A stretch of DNA of 64,000 nucleotides from Candidatus Dormiibacterota bacterium. Its GTDB lineage: Bacteria; Chloroflexota; Dormibacteria; Aeolococcales; Aeolococcaceae. Positions 1 through 8,728 of this stretch are shown here, piece by piece. The stretch is taken from NCBI GenBank assembly GCA_963709585.1, contig CAVPXI010000006.1:256001-320000 (forward strand). The letters run 5' to 3'. Numbering within the stretch: position 1 is the stretch's first letter; each line of letters begins with the position of its first letter. The notes under the pieces are model-generated. The model was not told the origin of the DNA, ran no database searches, and saw nothing but the letters and a program-made list of their open reading frames with translations. Made by a program: the position numbers and the translations under genes.

Positions 1-780
1 TGTCGACGAGGCCGGTCGCCGTCGAATCCGGGAGGAATGTCAGCGGGATGTACGCGACGGCGGTGACGGTGACCGCATACGCGATCCACTTGAGCTGCTG
101 GCGTTCTTCACCGGCGGCCCGGCGCATGCGCACCAGCGGGGCGCTCGCTGCGGCGAGGAAGAGCGCGATAGCCGGAAGCCAGAGCAGGCCGAGTGACTGC
201 ACCGCGACCTCGAGACCTCCGGTGACCGGAAGCCCGATGGGATTATTCGGGGTCGCGAAGTTGGTGTTTGTGCTCAGCGGGCCGGGGTAGAAGATGGCGA
301 CCGGGACGATGACGGCGGTGACCACAACGCAGGTGACGGCGAGCGGCTTCCACCTGCGCGACGGCAGACGCCCGTCGGGGAAGAGCAGCAGCATCAGTGC
401 CACGGCGCCCGCGGGAAAGATGGTGCTGGTGACCCAGCTGTCGACCCAGATTGCCCAGATCCCTGCCGGCGCCCCCAGGTGGGTCACGAAGGCGAAGTGG
501 GCATACCCGTCCGCGACTCCCCAAACCCCCCCACCACCGCGATGAAGAGGAACAGCCAGCCGACGGGGTTCCGTCGCTGCCGCGTGGCGACCAGCGTGCC
601 GAGGATCCCGAACGCGATCGGGACGTCGAAAGACGGCAGCTCGGCGTTGAAGAGCCCGTGGAACGTCGGCGCGTTGGCGATCGCGAGCGCGATGCTCGCC
701 GCACTCGTCAGCAGGGCGAACACGCCGGTCGTTACCGCCAGCGCCCGAAGGCCCACGCCGCGCGAGCCGGCGGCGCTCAT
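1..780 (-). CDS. Multi-TM sensor protein, probably the N-terminal membrane domain of a NarL-partner histidine kinase; partial at window edge, one frameshift near 515-530
   Basis: ORF 484..780 (MSAAG...RRNPVGWLFL) continues in another frame as GYAHFAFV...LLLFPDGRLPSRRWK...EERQQLKWIAYA to the window edge, a typical actinobacterial/Chloroflexi sensor TM domain. Start overlaps the stop of the upstream REC-cyclase gene. Kinase core not visible in the window. Confidence 0.65.
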
Positions 781-2093
781 GCTGACGCCGAGCCCATGCG
801 ATATGCGCCGACCGGCGTCTCGCGACCCTTGACCAGCGCAGGTTCGATCCGTTCAGCTGCAGGCTTCTCCGTGAGCGCGTCATACGTCGGCTCGCTCAAC
901 ACGGTCTGCCCGCCGTCGCCCCACTGCTGCAGCCGCTGCGCAAGGTTCACCGCATCGCCGACCAGTGAATACTCGAGGCGCTCCTCCGAGCCGAGTAGAG
1001 CCGCGGCGACATCGCCGGTAGAGAGACCGATACCAAGGTAAAACGGCGGCAGGCCCTCAGCCGACCACGCTTCGTTCACCCGGTTCTGCGCGTCGTGCAT
1101 CGCAAGTGCCGCAGCCACTGAGCGCTCCGCGTGGTCCAGCTGCGGAAGCGGCGCGCCGAACACCGCCATCACCGCGTCACCCACAAACTGCATCACCGTT
1201 CCGCCCTGGGCGAGCACCGCGTGATTCATCGCTGCGCGATGCTGGTTGAGCTGGCCTGCAAGGACCGACGGATCCGACTTCTCGGCGATCGTGGAGTACG
1301 CGCGGATGTCGGACATCAACACCGTCACCGTGAGCCGCTCGGTTCTTCCCGGCTCGACGCCGCGCTCGCGCATCTGCTGGGCGATACCGCCCGGCAGCAT
1401 CCGGCTCAGGCTCTCCCCCTGTTCCTCGCGATCGATGATCACCTTGTGCAGGAGACGCAGCCGCTCGAGCGCGCCCTGGGTCCCCGCACTCGCCTGCTGC
1501 GCGAGCTTGAGGAAGAGTTGCTCGACGTCGTCGGCGACGGCTGTGGGCGTCGAGTGCAGCGACGCGGCGATCGCCTTGATCGGTTTGCCCTCGGCAACCA
1601 TGCGGAGCAGGCGTTCCTCGACCTCTGTCAAGCCACCCGCGTCGCTCACCGGCCTGGTGAGCGCGTCGACGATGCGGGGGTCGAGCATCGATCCCCCGGT
1701 GCTGACCTCACGGACGGCTCGAGCCAGTTGATCGCCCTCCGCAACCCGATCCTTGAGCAGGTACGCGTACCCAGCGGCTCCCTCACTGAGCAGTGAGATC
1801 GCGTACTCGGGTTCGTCGTACTGGGAAAGGATCACGATCCCCGTCCCCGGATGCTGCTTGCGGACGATCCGGGCGGCGCGAATCCCTTCGTCTGTGAAGT
1901 CGGGGGGCATGCGGATATCGGTCACCACCACCTGGGGCAGGTGCTCGGCCGCTCCGGCCAGGAGCTCGTTGTAGTCACCCGCCACGCCGACGACCTCAAC
2001 GTCTCCCGATATGGCGAGCAGCGCGCGCACGCCTTCGCGGACGATCAGGTTGTCGTCGGCGAGCACCACGCGAATCGACTGCTCCAACGCCAT
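777..2093 (-). CDS. Response regulator (REC + LuxR-like HTH) fused to a class III nucleotidyl cyclase
   Basis: REC motifs LADD..DIRMPP..ILSQY..YLLK; HTH LTEVEERLLRMVAEG; cyclase motifs MSDIRAYS, QFVGDAVMAVFGAP, VGDAVNLAQRL, VKGR. Confidence 0.9.
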   Translation of the reverse strand: MALEQSIRVVLADDNLIVREGVRALLAISGDVEVVGVAGDYNELLAGAAEHLPQVVVTDIRMPPDFTDEGIRAARIVRKQHPGTGIVILSQYDEPEYAISLLSEGAAGYAYLLKDRVAEGDQLARAVREVSTGGSMLDPRIVDALTRPVSDAGGLTEVEERLLRMVAEGKPIKAIAASLHSTPTAVADDVEQLFLKLAQQASAGTQGALERLRLLHKVIIDREEQGESLSRMLPGGIAQQMRERGVEPGRTERLTVTVLMSDIRAYSTIAEKSDPSVLAGQLNQHRAAMNHAVLAQGGTVMQFVGDAVMAVFGAPLPQLDHAERSVAAALAMHDAQNRVNEAWSAEGLPPFYLGIGLSTGDVAAALLGSEERLEYSLVGDAVNLAQRLQQWGDGGQTVLSEPTYDALTEKPAAERIEPALVKGRETPVGAYRMGSASA

Positions 2094-2128
2094 CGCTCAA
2101 CTGTAGGCAGCGCGGCGCACATTGAAAT

Positions 2129-2190
2129 GGGGCTGCCACCACGTTCTGAGGGGGGTGACCATCACCCCCGACTGTGGTCCGGACACCCTC
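2129..2190. promoter_or_regulatory. Palindromic operator array between divergent genes
   Basis: Perfect inverted repeat GGGGGTGA-cca-TCACCCCC (2151-2169) flanked by related GG..CACC elements; -10-like TACAGT 6 nt before the cyclase ATG. Confidence 0.5.
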
Positions 2191-2237
2191 GACCACCGGC
2201 GTCGGGAGCGCGATGATCCGCGCCACGGAGGTACGTC

Positions 2238-3240
2238 ATGCGCATCGAATCGTCGGTCACATCAATCTCGTGGATTCCATCCGAGGCCGTCCAGGGGGTC
2301 ACCAAGGTCCCGTTCGAGATGGGCCTGGCGCACTACGATGACCCGCCGCCGGATCACGTCGATTCGCTCGCGGCGCTCCAGGAGGCTGATCGGTTTCGGT
2401 TCGCCAATCATCTGAGCGCGTGGATCGAGGTCGACGGGGGCCGGATCGTCGACCGCGGTCAGGCGGGCGGTGGGCAGATCGGCTCGACGACCATCAGCCT
2501 GGGAGGGCGCGGCATGACCTTCGCGGCGGTGGCGTTCCCGGACAAGCGCCCGGTACCCGTCGCCGGCGACGGTTGGGTTCGGTTCACCCAGACCGCCGGC
2601 GGACGCACCGGGGTCCCGGCGCCTCGCAAGGTCAATCGACCCCCGTTCATCCAGCTCGCGGCACCGCTCGCGTGGACGAGCCTGACGCTGACGCTCTTCT
2701 CCGACGGGAGGTCGCTGCACGAGCTCATCGGCGCCAGCCCGTTCCCGCGCCACTGGGTCTACGACCACGATCGGAATCTCGCTCAGAAATCGGGCTTGGT
2801 GGACTTCAAGCGCTGGTATCAGCACGCATTCGGGTCGCACACGCCCTGGGGCGACGAGGATTCGCCGGCGCTGGTCACCGAGGTCGAGACGGCGTTGGAG
2901 CGGGAACTCTCACAGCGCATCATGCGCAGGGGCCTGAAACCTCGCGTCCACAAGATCAAGGCGGGCGCGACCCTCGTGGAGCAGGGCGATGAGGGGCGCG
3001 ATATGTACGTGCTGCTCGACGGCGTGCTCACGGTCGAGGTTGACGGCGAGTCCGTGGCGCAGATCGGACCGGGCGCGGTGATGGGCGAGCGGGCGCTGCT
3101 CGAGGGTCGGCCGGCGAACCGCCACCCTCCGCGCGGTCACGCCGTCGAAGGTCGCCGCGGCGTCAGGCGCGGAGCTGTCCCCCGAAATGCTCAGCGAGCT
3201 GGCTGCCGGGCATCGCCGGGAAGGGGCGCAGCCTGGCTGA
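2238..3240 (+). CDS. Cyclic-nucleotide-binding domain protein with uncharacterised N-terminal domain; frameshift near 3111
   Basis: GGAGG RBS. C-terminal cNMP motifs LVEQGDEG..MYVLLDG..GPGAVMGERALL; after a one-base shift it reads RRTATLRAVT...GAQPG with stop at 3238-3240. Confidence 0.8.
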
Positions 3241-4036
3241 TCGCCGCACGAACTCGATCGAGGGTGACCTCCGGCGGCAGGGTGGCGAGCTCCACCCGCC
3301 GGCCGCTGAGCAGCCAGTCGATCTCGGCGCCGTCCAAGAGCATGCTGAGGTCGCGGGGAAGGCGCGCCGGGGCACCCTCGATGACCTGATGCGAAGCCCC
3401 GGCGACCTCTCGAGGGCGCAGTCCGCCATCCACGACGTCAACACCCGAATCGCGGAGATCCTGGACGAGCGCCACGCCACGCGGCGACGCGTCGTGGAGT
3501 ACGACGACCCGGGTGCCGGGTCCGGGCATCTCGTCCTGGCTCGCAGGGATCACCCTGACGGAGCCAAGCTCCGCTCGCTCGGCGTTCGCGGCGATCATCG
3601 CCGCGGTGTCCGGCGTGTCGCTGACGATCGTGACCGGCGCTGCGGCGCTCTGCGCCGGGGCGGCACCGGTGTCGGGCGAGATCAAGCCTTCCAGCCGCAG
3701 GGGTCCGAAGCGGCTGCGGAATTCGTCAAATGAGACGGCGAGAAGCCGCCCGGTCAAGTTCGGGCGGCGTATCCGCCCGAGGATTCCCGCAAGCACGAGC
3801 GCCACTCCGAGGGTCACGAACAGCGCGAAGACGACTTTGACGGCGATGAAGGTCAACCCCACCAGGATCATCAGCACTCCGAGGCCCATCTCGCCGTTGG
3901 ATGCCGCGTCCGAGGATCCGGTTTCGGCGCGGGCGCACGTGGCGTAGTACAGCTGCCGCTGCGTGTATCGCCAACCACCGGCAGCAAGCCCGGCCGCCAA
4001 GTCCTCGACGAGCGACGTGGTCACCGGAAGCGCCAT
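3191..4036 (-). CDS. Membrane protein with Spo11/Topo VI-A-like winged-helix (TxRQLYY) and degenerate TOPRIM-like domain
   Basis: ATG 4036. Motifs YTQRQLYY, two hydrophobic helices, VVLHDASPRG, GLRP, VELATLPP. Confidence 0.6.
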   Translation of the reverse strand: MALPVTTSLVEDLAAGLAAGGWRYTQRQLYYATCARAETGSSDAASNGEMGLGVLMILVGLTFIAVKVVFALFVTLGVALVLAGILGRIRRPNLTGRLLAVSFDEFRSRFGPLRLEGLISPDTGAAPAQSAAAPVTIVSDTPDTAAMIAANAERAELGSVRVIPASQDEMPGPGTRVVVLHDASPRGVALVQDLRDSGVDVVDGGLRPREVAGASHQVIEGAPARLPRDLSMLLDGAEIDWLLSGRRVELATLPPEVTLDRVRAAISQAAPLPGDARQPAR

Positions 4037-4112
4037 CGCGCGGAGTGTGGCACAGGTTCCGGACGCCTGCGGACGAGTTCGCGGGCTCGCGACACAGCGA
4101 TATGCTGCGGCC

Positions 4113-5822
4113 ATGGCCACCGAGCGGGATGATGCCGCGCCCATCACGGTGGAGGAAGGAGAACCGGACTTCATCGAGGCATTCCTCGACTGGCAGGACA
4201 AGGTTCTCGAGCCGGCTCGGACGCGCGGCGAGCGAAAGGACCGCTTCGAGACCGGGAGCGGCATCCCGGTGACCCCGCTCTACACCGAAGCCGACCTCAC
4301 GAGCCACGATCCACTTCGCGACGAGGGCTTTCCGGGAGTGCCGCCGTTCACGCGCGGCATTCAGCCGACGATGTATCGAGGTCGCCTCTGGAGCATTCGC
4401 CAGTACGCGGGCTACGGGACCGCCGGAGACGCCAACGCGCGGTTCCGCTACCTGCTCGCCCAGGGCCAATCCGGATTGTCCGTGGCGTTCGACCTCCCGA
4501 CCCAGATGGGGCTGGACAGCGACGATCCCCGCAGCCTGGGCGAGGTGGGGCAGGTCGGCGTCGCCATCAACTCGGTGCGCGACATGGAGGATCTCTTCGA
4601 AGGCATTCCGCTCAGCGCGGTGAGCACCTCGATGACGATCAACGCACCGGCGCCGGTGCTCGTGGCGATGTATGTCGTCGCCGCCGAGCGCCAGGGCCTC
4701 GACGCGGCCGCGGTCATGGGGACCGTCCAGAACGACGTGCTCAAGGAGTACATCGCCCGGGGCACCTTCATCTATCCGCCTCGGCCCTCACTGCGACTGG
4801 CGGCTGATCTGATCGTCTGGTGCACCCAGAGCGCACCGAAGTTCAACCCGATCTCGCTTTCCGGCTACCACATCCGCGAAGCGGGAAGCACCGCCGCGCA
4901 GGAGATGGCGTTCGCCCTGGCAAATGCGTGCGCCTACGTGCAGGCGTCGGTCGATCGCGGTGCCCGTGTTGACGACTTCGCGCCCAAGCTCTCCTGGATC
5001 TTCAACACTCACATCGACTTTTTCGAGGAGATCGCAAAGTACCGAGCGCTGCGGCGGATGTGGTCGCGGATCATGGCCGAGCGCTTCGGCGCACGTGACC
5101 CTCGCTCCCTGATGCTCCGAACCCACACGCAGACCGGTGGTTCGACGCTGACCGCGCAGCAGCCGGAGAACAACATCGTGCGCGCCGCCATCGAGGCACT
5201 CGCCGCGGTGCTCGGCGGCGTCCAGTCTCTCGCGCTGTCCTGTTACGACGAGGCGCTCTCGATTCCGACCGAGAAGGCGCAGCGCATCGCGGTGCGGACG
5301 CAGCAGATCATCGCCGAGGAGACCGCGGTCACCAACACCGTCGACCCGTTGGGCGGCTCGTACTACGTCGAGTGGCTCACCGACGAGCTCGAACGCGAGG
5401 CGCTCCGGCTCCTCGACGAGGTCGACAGCCTCGGCGGCGCCGTGGCGTGCATCGAGTCCGGCTGGATGCAACAGCACATCCAGGACGAGGCATACCGCAC
5501 CGAGCGGGCGATCGCCGCCGGCGAAAAGGTGATCGTCGGCGTCAACCGCTACACGGAGACCGAGGAAGGCGGGGCGCCACTGCTCTTCCGGCCCGACGAA
5601 CGGGCGATGGCCGAACAGGCTGCGCGCCTGGCCCGGCATCGCGCCCAGCGCCATCCGGCAGCCGTCGAAGCGGCGCTCGGTGCGGTCAAGCGGGCGGCCA
5701 CCTCCGACGACGCGCTGATGCCACGCATCCTCGACGCGGTGCGAGCGGAGGCGACCCTCGGGGAGATCTGCGGCACCCTCAGATCCGTGTTCGGCGACTA
5801 TCAGCCGCCGGCCACGATCTGA
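4113..5822 (+). CDS. Methylmalonyl-CoA mutase, substrate-binding (large) subunit without B12-binding domain
   Basis: PFTRGIQPTMYRGRLWSIRQYAG, GLSVAFDLPTQMG, QNDVLKEYIARG, SGYHIREAG, ATLGEI. Tyr/Arg specificity residues of MCM type. Confidence 0.93.
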   Translation: MATERDDAAPITVEEGEPDFIEAFLDWQDKVLEPARTRGERKDRFETGSGIPVTPLYTEADLTSHDPLRDEGFPGVPPFTRGIQPTMYRGRLWSIRQYAGYGTAGDANARFRYLLAQGQSGLSVAFDLPTQMGLDSDDPRSLGEVGQVGVAINSVRDMEDLFEGIPLSAVSTSMTINAPAPVLVAMYVVAAERQGLDAAAVMGTVQNDVLKEYIARGTFIYPPRPSLRLAADLIVWCTQSAPKFNPISLSGYHIREAGSTAAQEMAFALANACAYVQASVDRGARVDDFAPKLSWIFNTHIDFFEEIAKYRALRRMWSRIMAERFGARDPRSLMLRTHTQTGGSTLTAQQPENNIVRAAIEALAAVLGGVQSLALSCYDEALSIPTEKAQRIAVRTQQIIAEETAVTNTVDPLGGSYYVEWLTDELEREALRLLDEVDSLGGAVACIESGWMQQHIQDEAYRTERAIAAGEKVIVGVNRYTETEEGGAPLLFRPDERAMAEQAARLARHRAQRHPAAVEAALGAVKRAATSDDALMPRILDAVRAEATLGEICGTLRSVFGDYQPPATI

Positions 5823-5830
5823 AGCGAGGC

Positions 5831-6322
5831 GTGCTCGCTTCCCTCCGCCGTTGGTTCAGAGCCAACCCCCGAACAGTCTTCCTGGTTGTGGTGGGCGTGG
5901 TCATCCTCGGTCTCTTCCTTGGAGTCATCACCCCACTGTTTGCGACATCAGGGCGCGCCACAGCGGACCTGAGCGGGACGCTGCCGAGCATGGCGACCGC
6001 CGGCAAGCAACTCGAGATCGATGTGTCCATCGACAACACCGGCAACTCGGTCATCGGCCAGGTCTGCGTCGGAGCGCTCGTGCAGGGGCCGCTGACCCCG
6101 GTTGACGCCATCTTCCAGAACGTCGACAAGGAGCCGTTCATCGACGATCTCGGGACGTGGAAGGCGTGTGGCGGTGAGTTGACCAGCCAGTCGAGCGCCC
6201 CGGCGCAGCTGTTCTTCGACGCCGGATCGGCCGGTCCCGCCCAGGTGGTGCTGTCACCGATGAACGGCAAGCAGGTGATCGGCCAGGCGCTGACCGGGTC
6301 GCTGTCCGTACATAACCCCTGA
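5831..6322 (+). CDS. Hypothetical membrane-anchored protein with Ig-like beta domain
   Basis: GTG after GAGG; N-terminal TM helix; IDVSIDNTG beta-sandwich-like pattern. Confidence 0.6.
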   Translation: MLASLRRWFRANPRTVFLVVVGVVILGLFLGVITPLFATSGRATADLSGTLPSMATAGKQLEIDVSIDNTGNSVIGQVCVGALVQGPLTPVDAIFQNVDKEPFIDDLGTWKACGGELTSQSSAPAQLFFDAGSAGPAQVVLSPMNGKQVIGQALTGSLSVHNP

Positions 6323-6401
6323 TCTCTGAGGAACCGGACACAAGGCTGTCACGCCCATCTCCCGCGGTACGGCTCCATCTACGCTCTCCATCGAGAGGGT
6401 T

Positions 6402-8714
6402 ATGCATAACGAGAGCGCCGCGCGGCGCTGGCTGCCGATCTTCGCGACCGCAGTGCTGCTCGGGATCACCAGCTGGCAGCTGGTCGGCTCCACACTGCAG
6501 ACGCGCATGATGCTCGTGGAGATCGAGATCGTGGTCGTCGGGGCCGTCATGCTCGAGATCCCGATTCGCTTACGTCGCACGGCACGCGTCAGCCCGTCGA
6601 TCGCGACGCTGGTGCAGGGGCTTACCAGCGTCGGGTTGTGCACCCTGGTTCTGGGGTTCTCGGCTCCGCACTATCCGCTGCCGCTCATCGTGCTCGGATT
6701 TGTCGGCGTGCTGCTGACGGTCGATCCCTCAGCCCGCCCGGTGGCGCTCTGGATCATCCTCATGGCGTCATGCGCAGGCATGGCCGCGGTCTGGTGGTGG
6801 GCGAACTTGTTTCCGATATACGGGGTCAACCAGCTGCTCCAGGTCGATGCGCTGATGGTCGGCGTCGTGGTGCTGGCGTACTCCAACTGGTCGTTGACCG
6901 ATCGCCATTACCAGGCGCAGACGCGACGGCTGCGCGCCGTCGCAGACGTGGCTCGGCGACTGGGGCTCACCACCGACTCGAGCGAGGTCGCGGCCGCGGT
7001 GCTCGGGGGCTGCCACGAGACCTACCCGGACGCGACCTGGGGGCGGGTCCTGCTCTACGAGGCAGGCTCCGACGGTCTCGCGACGCTCCCGCTGATCCTC
7101 GGCCCGGCCGGCGTGTCGCCGGCGGCGGGGCCGATCGTTGTCATGGCGCCCGGCGACGGGGTGATCGGCCGCGTGTACTCGACGGGCGAGGCCTGCCTGC
7201 TCCGGACGCCGCGCGAGATCAAGCAGGCCTACGCGTCGATGCCGGATTCACACCTCGACGAGCTCGAGAGTCTCGGTGGCGGGCGACGCTCGAGACGCGT
7301 CGTCGCCGCGCCGTTGCGGGCCACGGGCGGACGCGTGATCGGGGTTCTGGTGCTCATCTCACATGCGCGCCGGGGCGCCTGGGACGCCCACGACCTGACC
7401 GTCGTGCAGGCGATCGCCGACGAGGCCGCGGTGGCGGTCGCGCGAGCCGGCCTCTTCGAGGAGCGCGCGTTGCACGCCACCACCGATCCGCTGACCAAGG
7501 TCGGCAACCGGCGCGCGTTCGATGAGCGCCTCGGCGAGATGACCGGCGCGAGCGCGGTGATCGCCATCGACGTCGACCACCTCAAGCCGATCAACGACGA
7601 GTTCGGCCATGAGGCCGGCGACATGCTGCTCATCGAGGTGGCGCGCACGTTGCGGGCGTTGCTCCGGGTCGGCGACCAGTTGCTGCGTATCGGCGGCGAC
7701 GAGTTTGTGTCAATCATGGATGCAACTACCGAAGCCGAGGCGGTCGCGATCGCCGAGCGGATGCGCGTCTCGCTGCACGGGGTCGCGTTGCCGCACGGCA
7801 AGGCACGGATCAGCGCAGGTGTCGCCGCCGGCGGTGGCGGTGTGCACGCCCTGTGGCTGGCCGCCGACGAGGCCCTGTCGACGGCGAAGAAGGACGGTCG
7901 CGATCGGGTCGTCGTCGCCGGCGACCGGTCGCTGCCCAGCCTCGTGCGCGGCGGCGGGGACGCCGGCGCGATGCTGGACGCCATCCTGAGCAAGCGGCGC
8001 GTCATCCAGGCGGTGTTCCAGCCGATCGTGCTGTTGAACGATCACCAGGTGATCGGATGGGAGGCGCTCGCGCGTGTTCCCGGCCTCCGGGATCCGGGCG
8101 ACGGCGTCGAGGACGTGTTCGCCCTGGCGCACCGCCGCGGCGTCACCAAGGAGATCGACTGGATCTGCAGGCGGATCGGAATGGCCGCGGCGTCCGGGTT
8201 GCCGGACTTGGATCCACTCTTCCTCAATGTCTCGGCGGCGATGCTTCTCGATCCGCTTCACCCGGTCGATCACATGCTGCTGCTCGCCCGGTGGGCGGAG
8301 CGCGACCCCGAGACCATCGTTCTCGAGATCACCGAGCGCGAATCGATCGCCGATCAGCAACGCCTCCGGTTTGTCCTCGCCAGTTATCGCGAGCACGGCT
8401 TCAAGTTCGCGCTCGACGACATCGGCGAGGGCCACTCCACGCTCGAGCTGCTCGCAGCTGCCGTCCCAGAGTTCTTGAAGGTCGCCAAGAGCATCACCCA
8501 GGGCTGCGTCGAGCGCGGACCCCGCGCGGTCATCGAGGCAACCGTCGCCTACGCTCGGAGCTCGGGGTCGACGGTCATCGCCGAGGGCATCGAGGACGAG
8601 GCGACCGCCGACCGTCTCGCCGCACTTGGGGTCTCCGCCGGTCAGGGCTACTGGCTCGGCCGCCCGCGAGAGATGGAGCTCGATCCCGAAGCGCGCGGCG
8701 AGGCAACGGCCTGA
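6402..8714 (+). CDS. Membrane GAF-GGDEF-EAL c-di-GMP turnover protein
   Basis: About 5-6 TM helices, GAF, DPLTKVGNRR, RIGGDEF, WEALAR, LEITE, ALDDIGEG, AEGIE, GQGY. Confidence 0.92.
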   Translation: MHNESAARRWLPIFATAVLLGITSWQLVGSTLQTRMMLVEIEIVVVGAVMLEIPIRLRRTARVSPSIATLVQGLTSVGLCTLVLGFSAPHYPLPLIVLGFVGVLLTVDPSARPVALWIILMASCAGMAAVWWWANLFPIYGVNQLLQVDALMVGVVVLAYSNWSLTDRHYQAQTRRLRAVADVARRLGLTTDSSEVAAAVLGGCHETYPDATWGRVLLYEAGSDGLATLPLILGPAGVSPAAGPIVVMAPGDGVIGRVYSTGEACLLRTPREIKQAYASMPDSHLDELESLGGGRRSRRVVAAPLRATGGRVIGVLVLISHARRGAWDAHDLTVVQAIADEAAVAVARAGLFEERALHATTDPLTKVGNRRAFDERLGEMTGASAVIAIDVDHLKPINDEFGHEAGDMLLIEVARTLRALLRVGDQLLRIGGDEFVSIMDATTEAEAVAIAERMRVSLHGVALPHGKARISAGVAAGGGGVHALWLAADEALSTAKKDGRDRVVVAGDRSLPSLVRGGGDAGAMLDAILSKRRVIQAVFQPIVLLNDHQVIGWEALARVPGLRDPGDGVEDVFALAHRRGVTKEIDWICRRIGMAAASGLPDLDPLFLNVSAAMLLDPLHPVDHMLLLARWAERDPETIVLEITERESIADQQRLRFVLASYREHGFKFALDDIGEGHSTLELLAAAVPEFLKVAKSITQGCVERGPRAVIEATVAYARSSGSTVIAEGIEDEATADRLAALGVSAGQGYWLGRPREMELDPEARGEATA

Positions 8715-8728
8715 GCGCGAACCCGCGC

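Noticed and set aside
777-3240. Pycsar/CBASS anti-phage system
   Set aside because: The cyclase is REC-controlled and linked to a sensor, and the effector lacks TIR/TM killing domains. Host-like composition points to signalling.
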